Source: Octopus vulgaris (lineage: Eukaryota). From it: a DNA stretch of 64,000 bases. Below the pieces are notes generated by a model. That model did no database searches and was not told where the DNA came from. It worked only from the letters and a program-made list of their open reading frames with translations. Both the position numbers and the translations under genes were made by a program. The stretch covers positions 136,896,001-136,960,000 of the forward strand of contig OX597817.1 of NCBI GenBank assembly GCA_951406725.2. The letters run 5' to 3'. The number at the start of each line of letters is the position of its first letter. Position 1 is the first letter of the stretch. This document shows positions 51,641-64,000 of this stretch, piece after piece.

Positions 51641-52843
51641 ATGTTTAGTAATAACTTGTAGGCTGGATATTGACAAATAATTTTTGTGAACTCAGTCTTT
51701 TTACTATTGTCTCACCTTTTCATTAACCTGTAACAGTTAAGTACAAGATCTAATTTTAACAGCTTAAACATTGGAGGAGGTCACCAATTATAATGATTTG
51801 CACCAAATAAATGAGAGTAGAAGATATTAATTGTTAGTTGAAAAGGTTTTTTTTTTTTTATATCGTTATTGTTACAAAGTTACAACTACTCTGAGTTGTA
51901 TCTTCAGTTTTCTGTAGGTAGTTAGCTTCATCTGTGAGTAATTAGTAAAGAAAGAAAGAGTAAGAGAGTTGTACATTGACAATCCCTAAATGAAAGGAGC
52001 AAATGAGCTGTGTTCTTTGGGTAGGTGTCAAGTAACCAAAGAGGAGGAACTGATTTCAGGTTGCTTATCTATATTCTTCCTAACCAGATTACATCAGGTT
52101 AATCAAAGAATATTTTCCTCTGTATCAGCTTTGACCCATGTATGTCTCAAAAAGATTAGAGATTTCAGTTAACTCTCATAAATATTTTAGTGCAACAGGC
52201 AAGAACAATAGGCAGAGAACTTGTAGAAAAATGTAGATTTAATTTGAAATCCTGGTTCAGAAATTGGAAGCTATAATCAACTGACTATAAATTTACCTTT
52301 TTTAGGCAGTTGAAATTATTTAACTCCCCCATTTCACTTCATCAGTGTATTTCTGCATTAATTTTCCATATAAAGGGTGGAGGTGGGGAGGTCTTTTTCA
52401 TTAACATCAGACTGATTAGTAAGATTTATATGTAAGAAGAAAACCTTTGCAAAATTTTTCAGTTAATTTTCATTTTAATTGTTTTAGAAATTGGAAAATA
52501 TTTCCTAATGGCATCAGGATTTATGTCTGCAAGTGGATCTGTGTATGTGTTCATGTAAACTTCCCAGTATTTTTACTCTCAGTCAGTGGATGATATTATT
52601 CTTTGTTTTTTATTTGTTTTTCTTTTATTTTTTTCATTCCATATTAACAAAATACAACATGATAAAGCATTAAACCAATTGGTTTGAGTATCTTATATGC
52701 ATGACCAACGAAAATTTCTCTACAAACTGAAGACTTTTTCATGGGCTTGGCTACTGTATATTCCCCTCTCTATATACATTTTCTGCCCTGCTGCTAACGC
52801 CATCTGCTGTCTTCTTTCCCATTTTTCTTCTCTTGCTGCACAG

Positions 52844-53001
52844 AATGCTATTCGCACCAATTTGTCCCTGCATAAATGTTTTGTAAGATATGAGGATGAT
52901 TTTGGATCGTTTTGGATGGTGGATGACTTTGAGTTCGTTAGGCGCCGCCATCTGACTCGTGGACGACCCCGAAAATATCACGAAAGTGACACTGCTGCAC
53001 A
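52844..53001 (+). CDS. FoxP: FoxP forkhead exon 3B, alternative paralogous exon ([53 protein letters not shown])
   Basis: Branch-like GCTAAC at 52793-52798, a long pyrimidine tract and cag| at 52843. Donor CA|gtaagc at 53002. 158 nt with the same 0-2 phase as exon 3A, aligning to it residue by residue. Confidence 0.95.
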
Positions 53002-56000
53002 GTAAGCACTAACTGGTTCTTTTCTCTCCTCCTCACAAACCAATTAATTCTGTCATGTTATCCCCTCCACCCCACCCCCAATCATTAAGATTCTCCACTT
53101 TCTTTCCTCTTTTTCATCATGTTGATGATTTAACTCTGATATTAGTTCTTCACCCTTTTCTTCCTCCCACCCTATTTTACTTCTCTCCCCGTTTTTTAAC
53201 TCAACCTTTAACATGTGGCTGATTCTCCCTCCTTCACTGTATTCTCTATACTCACTCCTCTCACTACCCCGCACCCCACCCTATAGACTTTTAATCTTTC
53301 TCAGATATTTCTGACCCTTGGCTCAAGATGACCAACTTTTTCTGTTTTACCATTCATTTTAGTGGGGAATTTTGAAATTTTCATCATTTTAGTTAAATAG
53401 ATGTTCTGCAATTAGTTAAATGACAGAGTTTTATTAGTTTAAAAAAAAATCAATTAAGAGAATAATGATTGAATAATTAACTCTACAAATTTATAATTAT
53501 AAATATTTAAGTTCCACACAAACTTCTTGAGGTTGTTGCTAAGATCTGAACTATTCTGTGTTCTGTTATGATTCTTCAGATATCCAACGTTAATCAACCA
53601 TTTCAATGGTTCTCAATATTTCTAAACATAACTGTTATGTTTTAAAGACATGAAACTAAGTCTGATATTCAGGGCTTTTATTTAGATGATTCCATTTGGA
53701 TTTGTTTGATTCCATTTGGATTTGTTTGATTACATTTTACTATCAAAAAGATCTTTCATAAATTTGCAGATATGAATTGTGTTTCTGTGTGTTTGTGGTG
53801 GCATGTTAGGGATTGTATAGCCAAGTTTATTCTCAGCTGTGAACTAGCAGGATCAATCTTAAGGCATGGTACCTGGGACTGCCATAGGCTCATGTTGCTG
53901 ACTTTTGAATAAAAGGGAGTTCATAGAAACCATGTAGAGATGTTTCAGATAAGCTGTACCAACTATAGATTTATCTGCTGTTAGTATATCTCATCTCAGC
54001 AACAATTCTATGTGTAAACCTTCTTAAAGATATTTCTAGGAAATAATCACCATTTTTCTGGCCAAATATTATTGATGACTTTTTAGAAATTTCTTTCCTA
54101 TAATTATTGAATGAACTAATTTTGAATTTATAGTGTACCAAAATAATTAAAGTTTTATAAATATTTACTTTTAAATCACTTTGTCAATTAATGAAATTTA
54201 AATTAAAACTAGGTATTGCAGTTCATTTGCTTGTTTCAGTAATATACTGCTGCCATGCTGGAGCACTGCCTTTAAAATTTGTTTGTAGAAAGATGTCTAT
54301 AGAATGAGGGTTAAATATATCTAGTTATTTTTAGCCTTGGGTCATAAATACCCTACTATTCTACATTTTTGGCAATTTTCTCCTGTAACTTTGAAGAAAT
54401 CCTTGCTTTTTTCTTTTTCCACCATTGGATATTGTCCCTTTTATCATTAACAGTTTTTTTTTTATTATTGTTTACTTAGGACCAGTTCTGTTCTTCATGT
54501 TCTTAAATATATTTAAACCTTACTTATTGAAATACCTGTTACCGGCTTCAGTAGACATTCTCCTTTTAGCTATACTATAGTTCCTTCTCTTATCTATTCT
54601 ATAAACCTATAATTAGCTACATAGAATGTTCTTCTTATTAACTTCAATATAGTTCCACTTAACAGCTATGGGATAGTTCTTCATTTTATATATAATATAG
54701 ATCATATTAACTATTGTAGACTTCCTCTTATTATCTTTTGTATAGTCCTCTTAATAGCTGTAGTAGACTTCCTTTAATTAGCCTTAGCGTTATTCCTGTT
54801 ATTAGCCGTAGTATAGTTCCTCTTACTAATGACATTATTGTTCCTGTTGTTATTGCCGAGTTCTTTACTTTGTATGTATTTTCATTAATTTACTTTCAAA
54901 ACTGAATTTGTTTGAAACTATTCCCAAAGTAAAACTAACAAAATATGATTATATATAAATACTGTATGTAGTTTAGCAGTATCTGCTATATTCCTTGAGT
55001 ATACTGTATGTAGTGTGGAATCATCTAGCTTCTAAGAACCACTCTGCAGCTGATAAACTGTTGCAATAAGTGCACCTGAGAAATTCTACTACAGTTTATT
55101 GCGAGGGACTCTATTTGGTGGCCACCACCACCACACACAAAAAAAAAAACAAATGAAAAATTGAGAATATTCTTTAACATTTTTGATACTGGTAACATTA
55201 TTTTCTTCTATTTGGGTTTGGAGAAATGTTTGCTTGCATTATTCTGCTAGATGCCTCATGATGGTATTATATTCACCAATGCTAAAGATTTCCTTTCAAA
55301 TGAAAATATGTTAGAATTTTCCAGCTCATTGAATTAGAAATGTTAATATTAAAAAAAAAAATGGCCAAAGAAGGAAAATCATTTTAAGTTGTGGAAAATT
55401 TAATTTGTTGTTATCAAACAAGCATTTATTTATTGAGTACCTTTTAAATTTGATGAAATTATTTTCTAATTTCCTGTGTGGTACCTATTTTCATACTTTA
55501 TATCTAGAATTATTTTAATTATACAACATCGCCACCCCACCAACAATAACAACAACAAACATTACAATGAGGTGGGAAGGGGGTAGTTGGTTACTGTCGC
55601 GGTTATCTGAAAATGTATCGTGTGAAAAATATTAAACGAGTGAGATTAAATTGCTGTACATCAATATCTGTGTGTAAAGGTGTTGTTTATGATTTACTCC
55701 ATTAAACATTTTCCCACTGCAACACTGTTTGCCTCTACCACCGTTTCTCAGCTGCCTCAGCTACAGGAGCAGCTGACAACAAACTGTTCGCTCTAGTGGT
55801 GGATTGAGTTGCAACAATGCAGTTCTTGTCTCTTCTAATCTCCCAAACTACCTATTACTGCTATAGTTTGGTTTGTTCCATCAGGTTCTATTGTAATTGA
55901 GTCTTAGCAAGTGTAATTACTTTGGTAATTACTTCCACTCTGATAGTTGAGGAACTATCAAAGTGAATCACTAATTCCTTTATATTTTGTTATCAGGAAC

Positions 56001-57576
56001 TCACAAAGAAAATATCATTTTTATTTATTTATTTACTTCTTGCTTTACATTAATCTTTCTATCGAGCCTAATATCACTCCAGCTTCACATATTGGTAAAT
56101 TGAATTGTCAAAGAATCCACCAGAAGAAATCTATTAAAGCACTAACATTTTAATTAAATCTTTTTCCTCCCATTATTTTCCTTCTTTTCATCCTCCTTTA
56201 CTCATACAGCTTATACATATAAGCACATATATACATATGTCTTTTTACGTATGTGTTTATGTGTGGATAATCATTAGAATATTTCTGTATATACTATCGA
56301 TATTCATGTCTACATTCCTGTTCTCAAAGTAAAGAGCCCAGCTTGGAGATTGGTAGCATTATTATCCACAAAAGTGACAGACTTATAAAGCCCCCATTAT
56401 ACAAAAAGTTACAAACTCCTGTTATACAAAGTGATAGAATTTCAAGGCCCTGTTATACAAAGAGTTACAAATCCCTTTTAAATGTTAGACATTCTTCCAC
56501 CTTTCTGCAGGATTCTTGTTTTAAAGATCAATGACTTTTGCAAGGTTCGTTTGAGTACATCGTGAACCAGGAATTGAAAATATGCCATCTTTTAAATGAA
56601 TTTTTATCATCTTCCTCTTTAACTTTTCGCACAAAAGAATCCCTTCCTCAATGTCTTTCTCATCCTTAAATATTCTCCACTGAATCAACATTTCATCCCT
56701 TCTAAACCATTCTCTGATGGTTATTGTTTTGTTTTTTTTTATTATTTTGGGTAGTTTTCATCCACTGTCCCAAATTCTTTAATCTTCTTAGCTTACAAAA
56801 CCAACATCATCATTTTATTATTGGATACGACATTGAATTCCTCTCCAGAATTCAATGTCTGCCAACAGTTTTACCAGTTGTGGTCTGAGTGACATGCTTT
56901 CAATTAATTTTCTTCACCTCTGCATTACTTGTGATGCTTGTCTTTCTAACTCCCTCTTTTTCATCTTTCTATTTCTCTTTAAATTCCTTTCCTGTTTCTT
57001 AATAATTATAAGTATGGTTATATTGTCTAATTATGAAACACACTCACATCTTGATCCCACAATTAATCTTGTCAATATGTTGTGCTTTAGAATATTTTGA
57101 GAGTGGAAAATGACGTTATTTCAGTAAATCACATTAAATTTATATTGTTGCATTTGTTGGATGCCTTTTTTTTTTTATCTAAATTGATTTAAAATAATTC
57201 AATAAACCAACATTTAAAAGGAATTCAGAAGGGTGGGAAAAAACAAAAAAATGACCCCACCTTTTTTGTTTTTTTTCAACTTTTATAACATAATTCAACA
57301 TGCCTATTTTCTAAACTTATTTCTGCCATGGAATTTGTGTGTGTGTGTGTGTGTGTATTAGTAACTGAATAAGTTAAGGGTTTTGCATATTAAATGATTA
57401 ATATGCAAAAAGTTAAACTTTCTTAAAATCTTCATTTCTTCCATTGAGAATCTGTTTCACAATTCTCCTTGAAAATATTTTCATTTTCTGTCGATATTAA
57501 TGATTATCTCAAGTTACTTTCAAAATGAGAGTTACTATTTTCAAATCTCACAATGAGAGATATTCAGCAACAGTAC

Positions 57577-57971
57577 TTTGGAGTAAAGATTATTTGCCAA
57601 CATAACATGGCAGTCCTGGTTTAGGACGAATGTTGCTGTGATTTAACCCCAGGAAACATCGTCTCCAGCTGGCTATACGACACGATCTGTGTCCTTATAT
57701 TTTCGAACAAGGGAATCTAGCACCCCACTCAGTCTACCATCCCAGCTCAAAACAATATCTGTGTGCTGATGAAGGGAAATAACTTGGAAGTCATGACACA
57801 GATAATATTCTGAGCTGAGTGGGGGTGCTAGATTCCCTTGTTCGAAAATATAAGGACACAGATCGTGTCATATTGCCAGCTGGAGATGATGTCTCCTGAG
57901 GCTAAATTAAAGCAACATTCGTCCTAAACCGGGACTGCCATGTTATGTTGGCAAACAATTTTTACTCCAAA
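57577..57971. mobile_element. Inverted pair of Penelope-like terminal repeats (~395-nt hairpin) with a central hammerhead-like motif at 57762-57800
   Basis: TTTGGAGTAAA...GGAATCTAGCACCCC is mirrored by GGGGTGCTAGATTCC...TTTACTCCAAA. The centre reads TGTG CTGATGA A GGG-aaataa-CTT GGAA GTCATGA CACA. Confidence 0.8.
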
Positions 57972-58301
57972 ATGAAAGTTTTTAAACCATTTGAAGTCAA
58001 CACCAGCTGAAATAGATATTGTATAGAACTGTTCGAACATATGAGAGATATAAAGGACAAAGTTATCAAAGAATACAATTTGGAGGCTGGCGGTTGTTCT
58101 GGAAGCAAGACTCCATTATTGTCACTTTATAATAAATATAAAATATCTTACCAAAAATCTTCCCAAATGAAATATTAGCCTAATTCATAACAATACCTCC
58201 TTTACATGCTTTAATTCATTTGTCAATCTTTCCCCAATTAATGCTAAATATTATTGTGATGTCTTTCTCCAGAAGGCTAAAAAACAGTAAACAAATATTA
58301 A

Positions 58302-58522
58302 CCCTTTCATTACTGTATTTATTTTGAGATGCTCTGTGTTTCTTTCAATTATTTTAAATATAACAAAGAATTTAGTAAAATTAATTAGTTATCATTAAGT
58401 TAGTGTTAGGAACATAAATTGTGACTAAGGTTTGGAGGAAGATTTTAATTCAAAACTTATGAAAACAAGACATTTGTACTACAGAGCCAGAGGCGGTTTC
58501 AGCCGGGTTGGTAATGAAAGGG
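58302..58522. mobile_element. Second copy of the piggyBac-type MITE
   Basis: TTAA|CCCTTTCATTAC...GTAATGAAAGGG|TCAA, nearly identical to 41463-41683. Confidence 0.88.
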
Positions 58523-59913
58523 TCAAAACAATAATTACTCAAAGAGTCTCCAGTAAATGAAACTGGCTGAACTACTACAGTTAGGATGAATATGTTAATA
58601 TATTACTGAAAGTAATTAGGACACAATAATCAGCATTAAATTACAATTTATATATTCTTTTGAAAAATTTGAATATGTAAATGTCTTTAATTATCCAGTT
58701 CCTCATCATTTTGGAACTGAAGTTTGTGAAAAATTAAAAGTAAATTTATTTAATAAGATTATAACTATTAACGATAAGGTCAGGTTATATTGTGTGTGTG
58801 TGAGACAGTGCATATGCTGATGAGTCACGAAACAAAAGCCGGCAGAACTAATGTGATAAAATCTGAAAGTCATTTAGTTTATAATATCTTATTAGAGTTT
58901 CACTCGAAATATTCCATATCAAAATATTTTATTAAAAAAAAATGAAACCAGTGAGTATATATGTATGTATATAATGTATATATATATATATATATATATC
59001 TCACATAAATCAACATGTGAGTATATATGCATCTGTCAGTGTAGATGCTGTTAATATTTTAACTATATACACATTTACATCTTGTGACGTTTCTGCTCTG
59101 AACAGGTAGGTATGATTCAAAATCTTTTCTTAATTGCAAATTTAAATTATGGAAAAAAAAAAAAATTCTGTCATTTAATTGACCATCCCTCTGGGTTACA
59201 TTATGGAATCAATATGTATGTGTATCACAATTCATGCAGTGTGATCTTAAATGGCAGACCAATGATGGACAGTGTCTGGAAGGTGGTTGTGATGGTGAAA
59301 GTCTTAGATGTTGTTCAAAGAATATGGAAGATATAAAGTTTTGTATGATGTGGCCACCACTGACTAATTTATAAAACATACACAGAGTAGCTCTCGTGTG
59401 AAAATAGCTTGAAAAGGAACAGTTTATATAAGATAACCTAATGAAAATAGAAATAGTTCTTCAGTTGTGAATGATTTTTATCTGTTTATAGTTTTTCCCT
59501 AAACACAAATGGTGTGATGTTTGTTATTCTTCATTGAAATTTCTGGATTAATTTGAGTGGAACAAATGTTTTGAATATTCTATTGTGGAAAATATTTTAA
59601 TGTTTGTGTTCATGTTTATTAGTTTGTGAAAATATATATTATTATTCTGTAGACTGTTTAGTGAAGCTTAAAACTTTTCAGAAGAAATACTTGTTCCATA
59701 AATATTCTCATTTAAGGAATTAAAGTCTGTATTTAGAATCAAAGAGAATCTTTCGAAGTTTTTACTTTAAAACTTGGTTATTTTTATACATCTTGCTAGT
59801 GTTGTAGGTGTGTGTGTGTGTGTTTGTCAAATTAATTCTAATGTAATCTATGAATCACAAATTAAAACTTCTTTTTCTACTAGTAGGGGGGAGTGTGTAG
59901 ACATACACACACG

Positions 59914-59963
<50 letters not shown>

Positions 59964-61519
59964 CATGTGTGTATTTTTAAAATAATATTTTGCTTAATAG
60001 TAATCTGAATGAATTTACTATATTAACTTAAAATTATTTAATTGAAATAAGTTAAATCATTCCTGTCTTATTTTGATCATATTATGTCTCAGTAATTCTT
60101 GAGGAAATATTGGTGTTTTCATAGTTCCATAGGAAAACACTGACTTTCAACTTTGTTACAAATGATGCCATCACAAAAGCAACAAAGAGTTTATAATTTA
60201 ATTGTTTTAACATCATTCTTCATAGAATGGTCCCTTCTGAATCACGAGGCTTCACATCCCTTCATAGCACATAAAATATATTTTACAGATTCTTAATTTG
60301 ATCTTTATTTCGCTTCTTTAAACGAAGCATTATCAATATTTAAAATAGTCCAATTCCAATGGGAACCCTGACACATGGAGGAATATTTTTGCTTTTATTT
60401 AAGGTTCTGACAAATTTCTCAACTGTTTGCCATAGAATCAATGGAAAGAAATAATACTTGCAGTCACATTTAAATTACTAAGAAATTGAATAGATTTACT
60501 GACGAGAAAGTAATTAGTAATCAAGAACAGATGACTTAATAATCAGAATTTTAGTTCTTTCATCATAGTGTTTTGGGCTTTTTTTGCATATTATGGAGTA
60601 GTATGAGAGGTTTATGTAAGGTAGGAGTAAGTCCCAGGTGGAGACCAAGGTAAGCATATAGTAACATTTGTGTTTTCCTAGGAAGTGGGGCATATAGCGA
60701 TAGGAGGGTGTGTGTATATCTGTATGTAATGGGTGTGTATGTGCATGTGTGTGTAATATATACATACTGACATGTGTATTTCCTATTCGGTCCAGCTAAA
60801 ATCTTTTGTCAGTATGATGCTAAAAATACCACAAATAAAACACTTTATAGTGTAATGAATTATACAAACACCTTCACTTGCACGCACACACACACACACA
60901 CACACACACAATATAACTTAGTTTCCTAGTTCCAGTTTCAGTTGGCAGTTGATATAAATTTTCTCCTCTGGATGCAAAGGTAATGATGCTGATCACCATC
61001 ATCATTTTATATCCATCTTTTTTTTTTATCCTTCTGGCATAAGTTGGACATTGTTGCTGTACAAAAAAACTCTGGACCAGAGAAACCATCCAACTTTATT
61101 ATGCCTCACGTTGTGGATTGGGTCATTTTCATGTCACCACTGACAATTCTTAGGCTGTGATATGTAGAAAATACTAAAAATTGTCTTTTCTAACCAGTAT
61201 CACTACTTATTTGAACATACCACCTCGCCTTTCCTAGAGAGGTAGCCTTTGATGGAGTTTGCAGAATCCACATGTTGCATGCATTTTCCATTTCTGGCAT
61301 GTTGTTTACAAATAGACAAACTTGCTATCAATAACAACAAAATGTTTTTTGAGACAGCAATATGTTGCTGTAGCATGGTCACAGAGTGACATTGATGTTA
61401 ATGTCAGAGAGTGGCAAGGTTGGACTACTTCTGTATTCTGATGGAAATGTCTCTTTATCCGAATGCCATAGAACCAGGATTGATTACTTAGTTTTAATGG
61501 TTCTTCGCAGATAATGGAA

Positions 61520-61760
61520 GTGTGTGGCTTAGTGGTTAGGGTTGTTGGACTCTTGTTTGTAAGAGCATGGTTTCAATTCCTGGACTGGGTGACGTGTTGT
61601 GTTCATGAACAGAACACTTAATTTCATGCTGCTCCACTCCACTCAGCTGGTAGAAATGAGTAACCCCTGCAATGGACTGGTGCCCCATCCAGGTGGAGAA
61701 TATATTCACCACAGAAACTGGGGAACTGGCCCCTACAAGTATATATGACCCAGAAAGGAT
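61520..61760 (+). mobile_element. tRNA-derived SINE with a V-domain-like core
   Basis: A-box-like GTGGCTTAGTGG, B-box-like GGTTTCAATTCC, then CCTGCAATGGACTGGTGCCCCATCCAGG. Confidence 0.6.
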
Positions 61761-61849
61761 CTCCATCCTTTTACATCTGCTTCCCACTTTCATGTATACC
61801 CTTCTATTTAATTGTGCTCATCAGACGTATGTACACATACATGTGATCA

Positions 61850-62197
61850 TTGCCAGGGCCACTGATTGGATCCTATGCCAGTGGTATGTAAAAAGCACCA
61901 TTTGAGCATGATCGCTGCCGGTGTCACCTTACTGGCACATGTGCCGGTGGCATGTGAAAAACAATATTCGAGTGTGGTTGTTACCAGAACCACCTGACTG
62001 GCCCTCATGCCGGTGGCACGTAAAAGCATCCACTACACTCTCAGAGTAGTTGGCATTAGGAAGGGCATCCAGCTGTAGAAACTCTGCCAGATCAGATTGG
62101 AGCCTGGTGCAGCCTTCTGGCTCACCAGTCCTCAGTCAAACCGTCCAACCCATGCTAGGATGGAAATTGGATATCAACGATAATGATGATGATGATG
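61850..62197 (+). mobile_element. SINE family B copy
   Basis: Internal repeats, family body and (GAT)n tail. Confidence 0.85.
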
Positions 62198-63920
62198 AAG
62201 AAGACTTGCTCTGGAATGTTTTTCTGCTGGTTGAGAATGATTTTCACCCGCACCTTCCTGCAATAACCAACAGAGAAATGACCTCGTGGTTCTCATATTC
62301 TACTTGATCCTACTTCTTTTTGAAAATGATGACTATATCAGGGCTTCCCAAAAGTCCTGGGGTACACACTCATTAGAAAGATATTGAGGAGAAACAATAG
62401 AGATAATACAAAAGTGCACTTGAGAGGCGTAACTTTGTTAATGCACTAAGTAGCTTCACTTGCAGCAGATGTCTTCACTGTTGCAGATGAAGAAGAGCAG
62501 GCCATGTAGCCCACATGCAAGCCTGCCACAGATGATTACTGAACAAAAATAGTCAAACATCGACCTACAATGGACAGACAAAGAAGGAAAATCTATAAGT
62601 AAACAGCCATCTGTTTTCCCCCTTATTGCCAATTTCAAACGGTGTACACTTGTGATTATTTTCCTGAGTTTACATGACTGACTGAGCACTTCCATTGTCA
62701 GAGATAAAATGGTAATGTCTTTTGGAACCTAAATCTCTGCCGCTATCCTTGGATACCCCAGCACATGCACTGAACTGTGTCCATTGGTTTGCTGCTGTCA
62801 CAGACTTCAGCACTCAATCTTGTCATTAAATTCTATACATAGCCTTCACCCTTAACTCTCAATATCTTCATCCAATCAATGGTATCTCAACATCAGAGGG
62901 AGGTCAAGTAGTGGTCACAGTTTCATTGATGCGTGTTATGTTAGAAATAATCAATTGAAAAAAAATCTGTCTTAGATCTTTAACATCAATGATTTTTCTG
63001 TAAACTGACTTCTTTAAATCTGATGACTGAACTCATTGCACCAGTGATTTCTCTCTCTCCACCCTCAACTATCATGTTGAATGATGTAATATTTACGAGG
63101 GGATGGTCTTTATCAGTTAATGCAGGATGGTTGTCAGATATACATAAACACATAACCATTGTTTGCCAATCCTCTTCCTCATGCTTGCATGGGTCAGACA
63201 ACTTTTTGAGGCAGATTTTTTGCATCCTAATGCCTTTTATATCTCCAAGCCTTGTTTCCAGGCAAGGTAATATTTTTCCCCCGTAGCCACACAAGTTTTT
63301 CATGGATGATTTTCATGGAATATTGACACTTGAATGACAAGGATGCTTGTTTACATTCATCATATAATATCAAGTTTGTTCAGCCTGGGGCTTTGTGGAA
63401 GACACTTGCCCGAGTTACCCCACAGTGGTACTGAACCTGAGACCACATAGTTGAGAAACAAGCTTCTTAACCACACAGCCATGCCTGCATCTATTTATCT
63501 GTATTTTTCCCCACCCCCGAGAGGCTCCTTCACATTATTCACAAACACCAGATCATTTATGTCCCTGTGAAGGTCAGCCCCATTTCAAACCAGAAGCTGT
63601 TTCACACATTGACAATCAATCCAGTTTGTCAGTTATGAAAGATTCACTGGAAATAATTAACCCATTCCTTCCAACCAACTGAAACAAAATATTGCTGAAT
63701 TACTGATAAGAATGTAAACAAATCATAACAAACACACACACACATACACACACACACACACAGGGTAAAATGTTTAGATGTACAGAAATACATAGATCAG
63801 CCATAAGTAAACAACTGCATGAGTATATTAAATACATACATGCTTCACAATTGTTTGTGCATAAATATCATCACTATTATAGACATTTTAATTTCATGCT
63901 AACGAATCTTATTTCTACAG

Positions 63921-63996
63921 AAACCTATCCATGAAGAGTTCCAATATCAACCAGGATCCTTCATTATTTGGTGATAACTTGAATGCCAGTCTTAGG
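63921..63996 (+). CDS. FoxP: FoxP post-forkhead common exon (NLSMKSSNINQDPSLFGDNLNASLR)
   Basis: Branch-like gctaac and atttctacag| at 63920, donor AGG|gtaa at 63997. The phase-2 start fits exon 3A (GG+A) and exon 3B (CA+A). FGDNLNASL resembles the FoxP YG-x-ALNASL motif. Confidence 0.9.
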
Positions 63997-64000
63997 GTAA

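Noticed and set aside
52844-52846. A-to-I editing of the first 3B codon (AAT to GGT) would turn NAIRTN into the GAIRTN of FOXP1-ES
   Set aside because: No complementary sequence able to pair with this exon was found by eye, and editing cannot be inferred from DNA alone.
52697-53005. Exon 3B ORF as a separate Fox gene or pseudogene
   Set aside because: Homology starts exactly at the acceptor and covers only one exon. Phases match exon 3A, and no duplicates of the other forkhead exons were found.
58812-58845. CTGATGAGTCACGAAAC hammerhead-like string
   Set aside because: Stem II is only 1 bp, there is no U at 16.1 and no convincing stem I. It may be chance or an AP-1-like TGAGTCA.
61520-61600. 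tRNA genes at A/B-box-like sequences
   Set aside because: No cloverleaf can be formed, and each continues into a SINE body, so they are tRNA-derived SINE heads.
58287-63815. Several perfect GTAAACA FoxP sites (58287, ~62599, ~63714, ~63807)
   Set aside because: A rough estimate from base composition gives on the order of a dozen such 7-mers by chance in 64 kb, so no enrichment is shown.

Overview
AT-rich, microsatellite- and SINE-dense animal genomic DNA. The repeat landscape and gene sequence point to an octopus or other coleoid cephalopod (inference, not checked by search). The window is the middle of one long + strand gene, FoxP. Six coding exons can be read with canonical AG/GT boundaries and compatible phases: a Q/S/P-rich exon ending RRRVSDKCNLPISA (19386-19713), two constitutive forkhead exons (25060-25136, 27467-27568), two paralogous mutually exclusive exons for the recognition helix and wings (42001-42122 NAVRHN type; 52844-53001 NAIRTN type, like FOXP1 exon 18b and the alternative insect FoxP exon), and a common downstream exon (63921-63996). 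The N-terminal zinc-finger/leucine-zipper exons and the C-terminus were not found and probably lie outside the window. The introns hold CR1, RTE and R4/Dong-like LINE relics, Tc1/mariner and piggyBac-type non-autonomous elements, many tRNA-derived SINEs, a 40-bp minisatellite, several long foldbacks, and Penelope-like terminal repeats with minimal hammerhead ribozyme motifs, including an apparent GGAA core variant. Most other ORFs in the supplied track are microsatellite or repeat artefacts.
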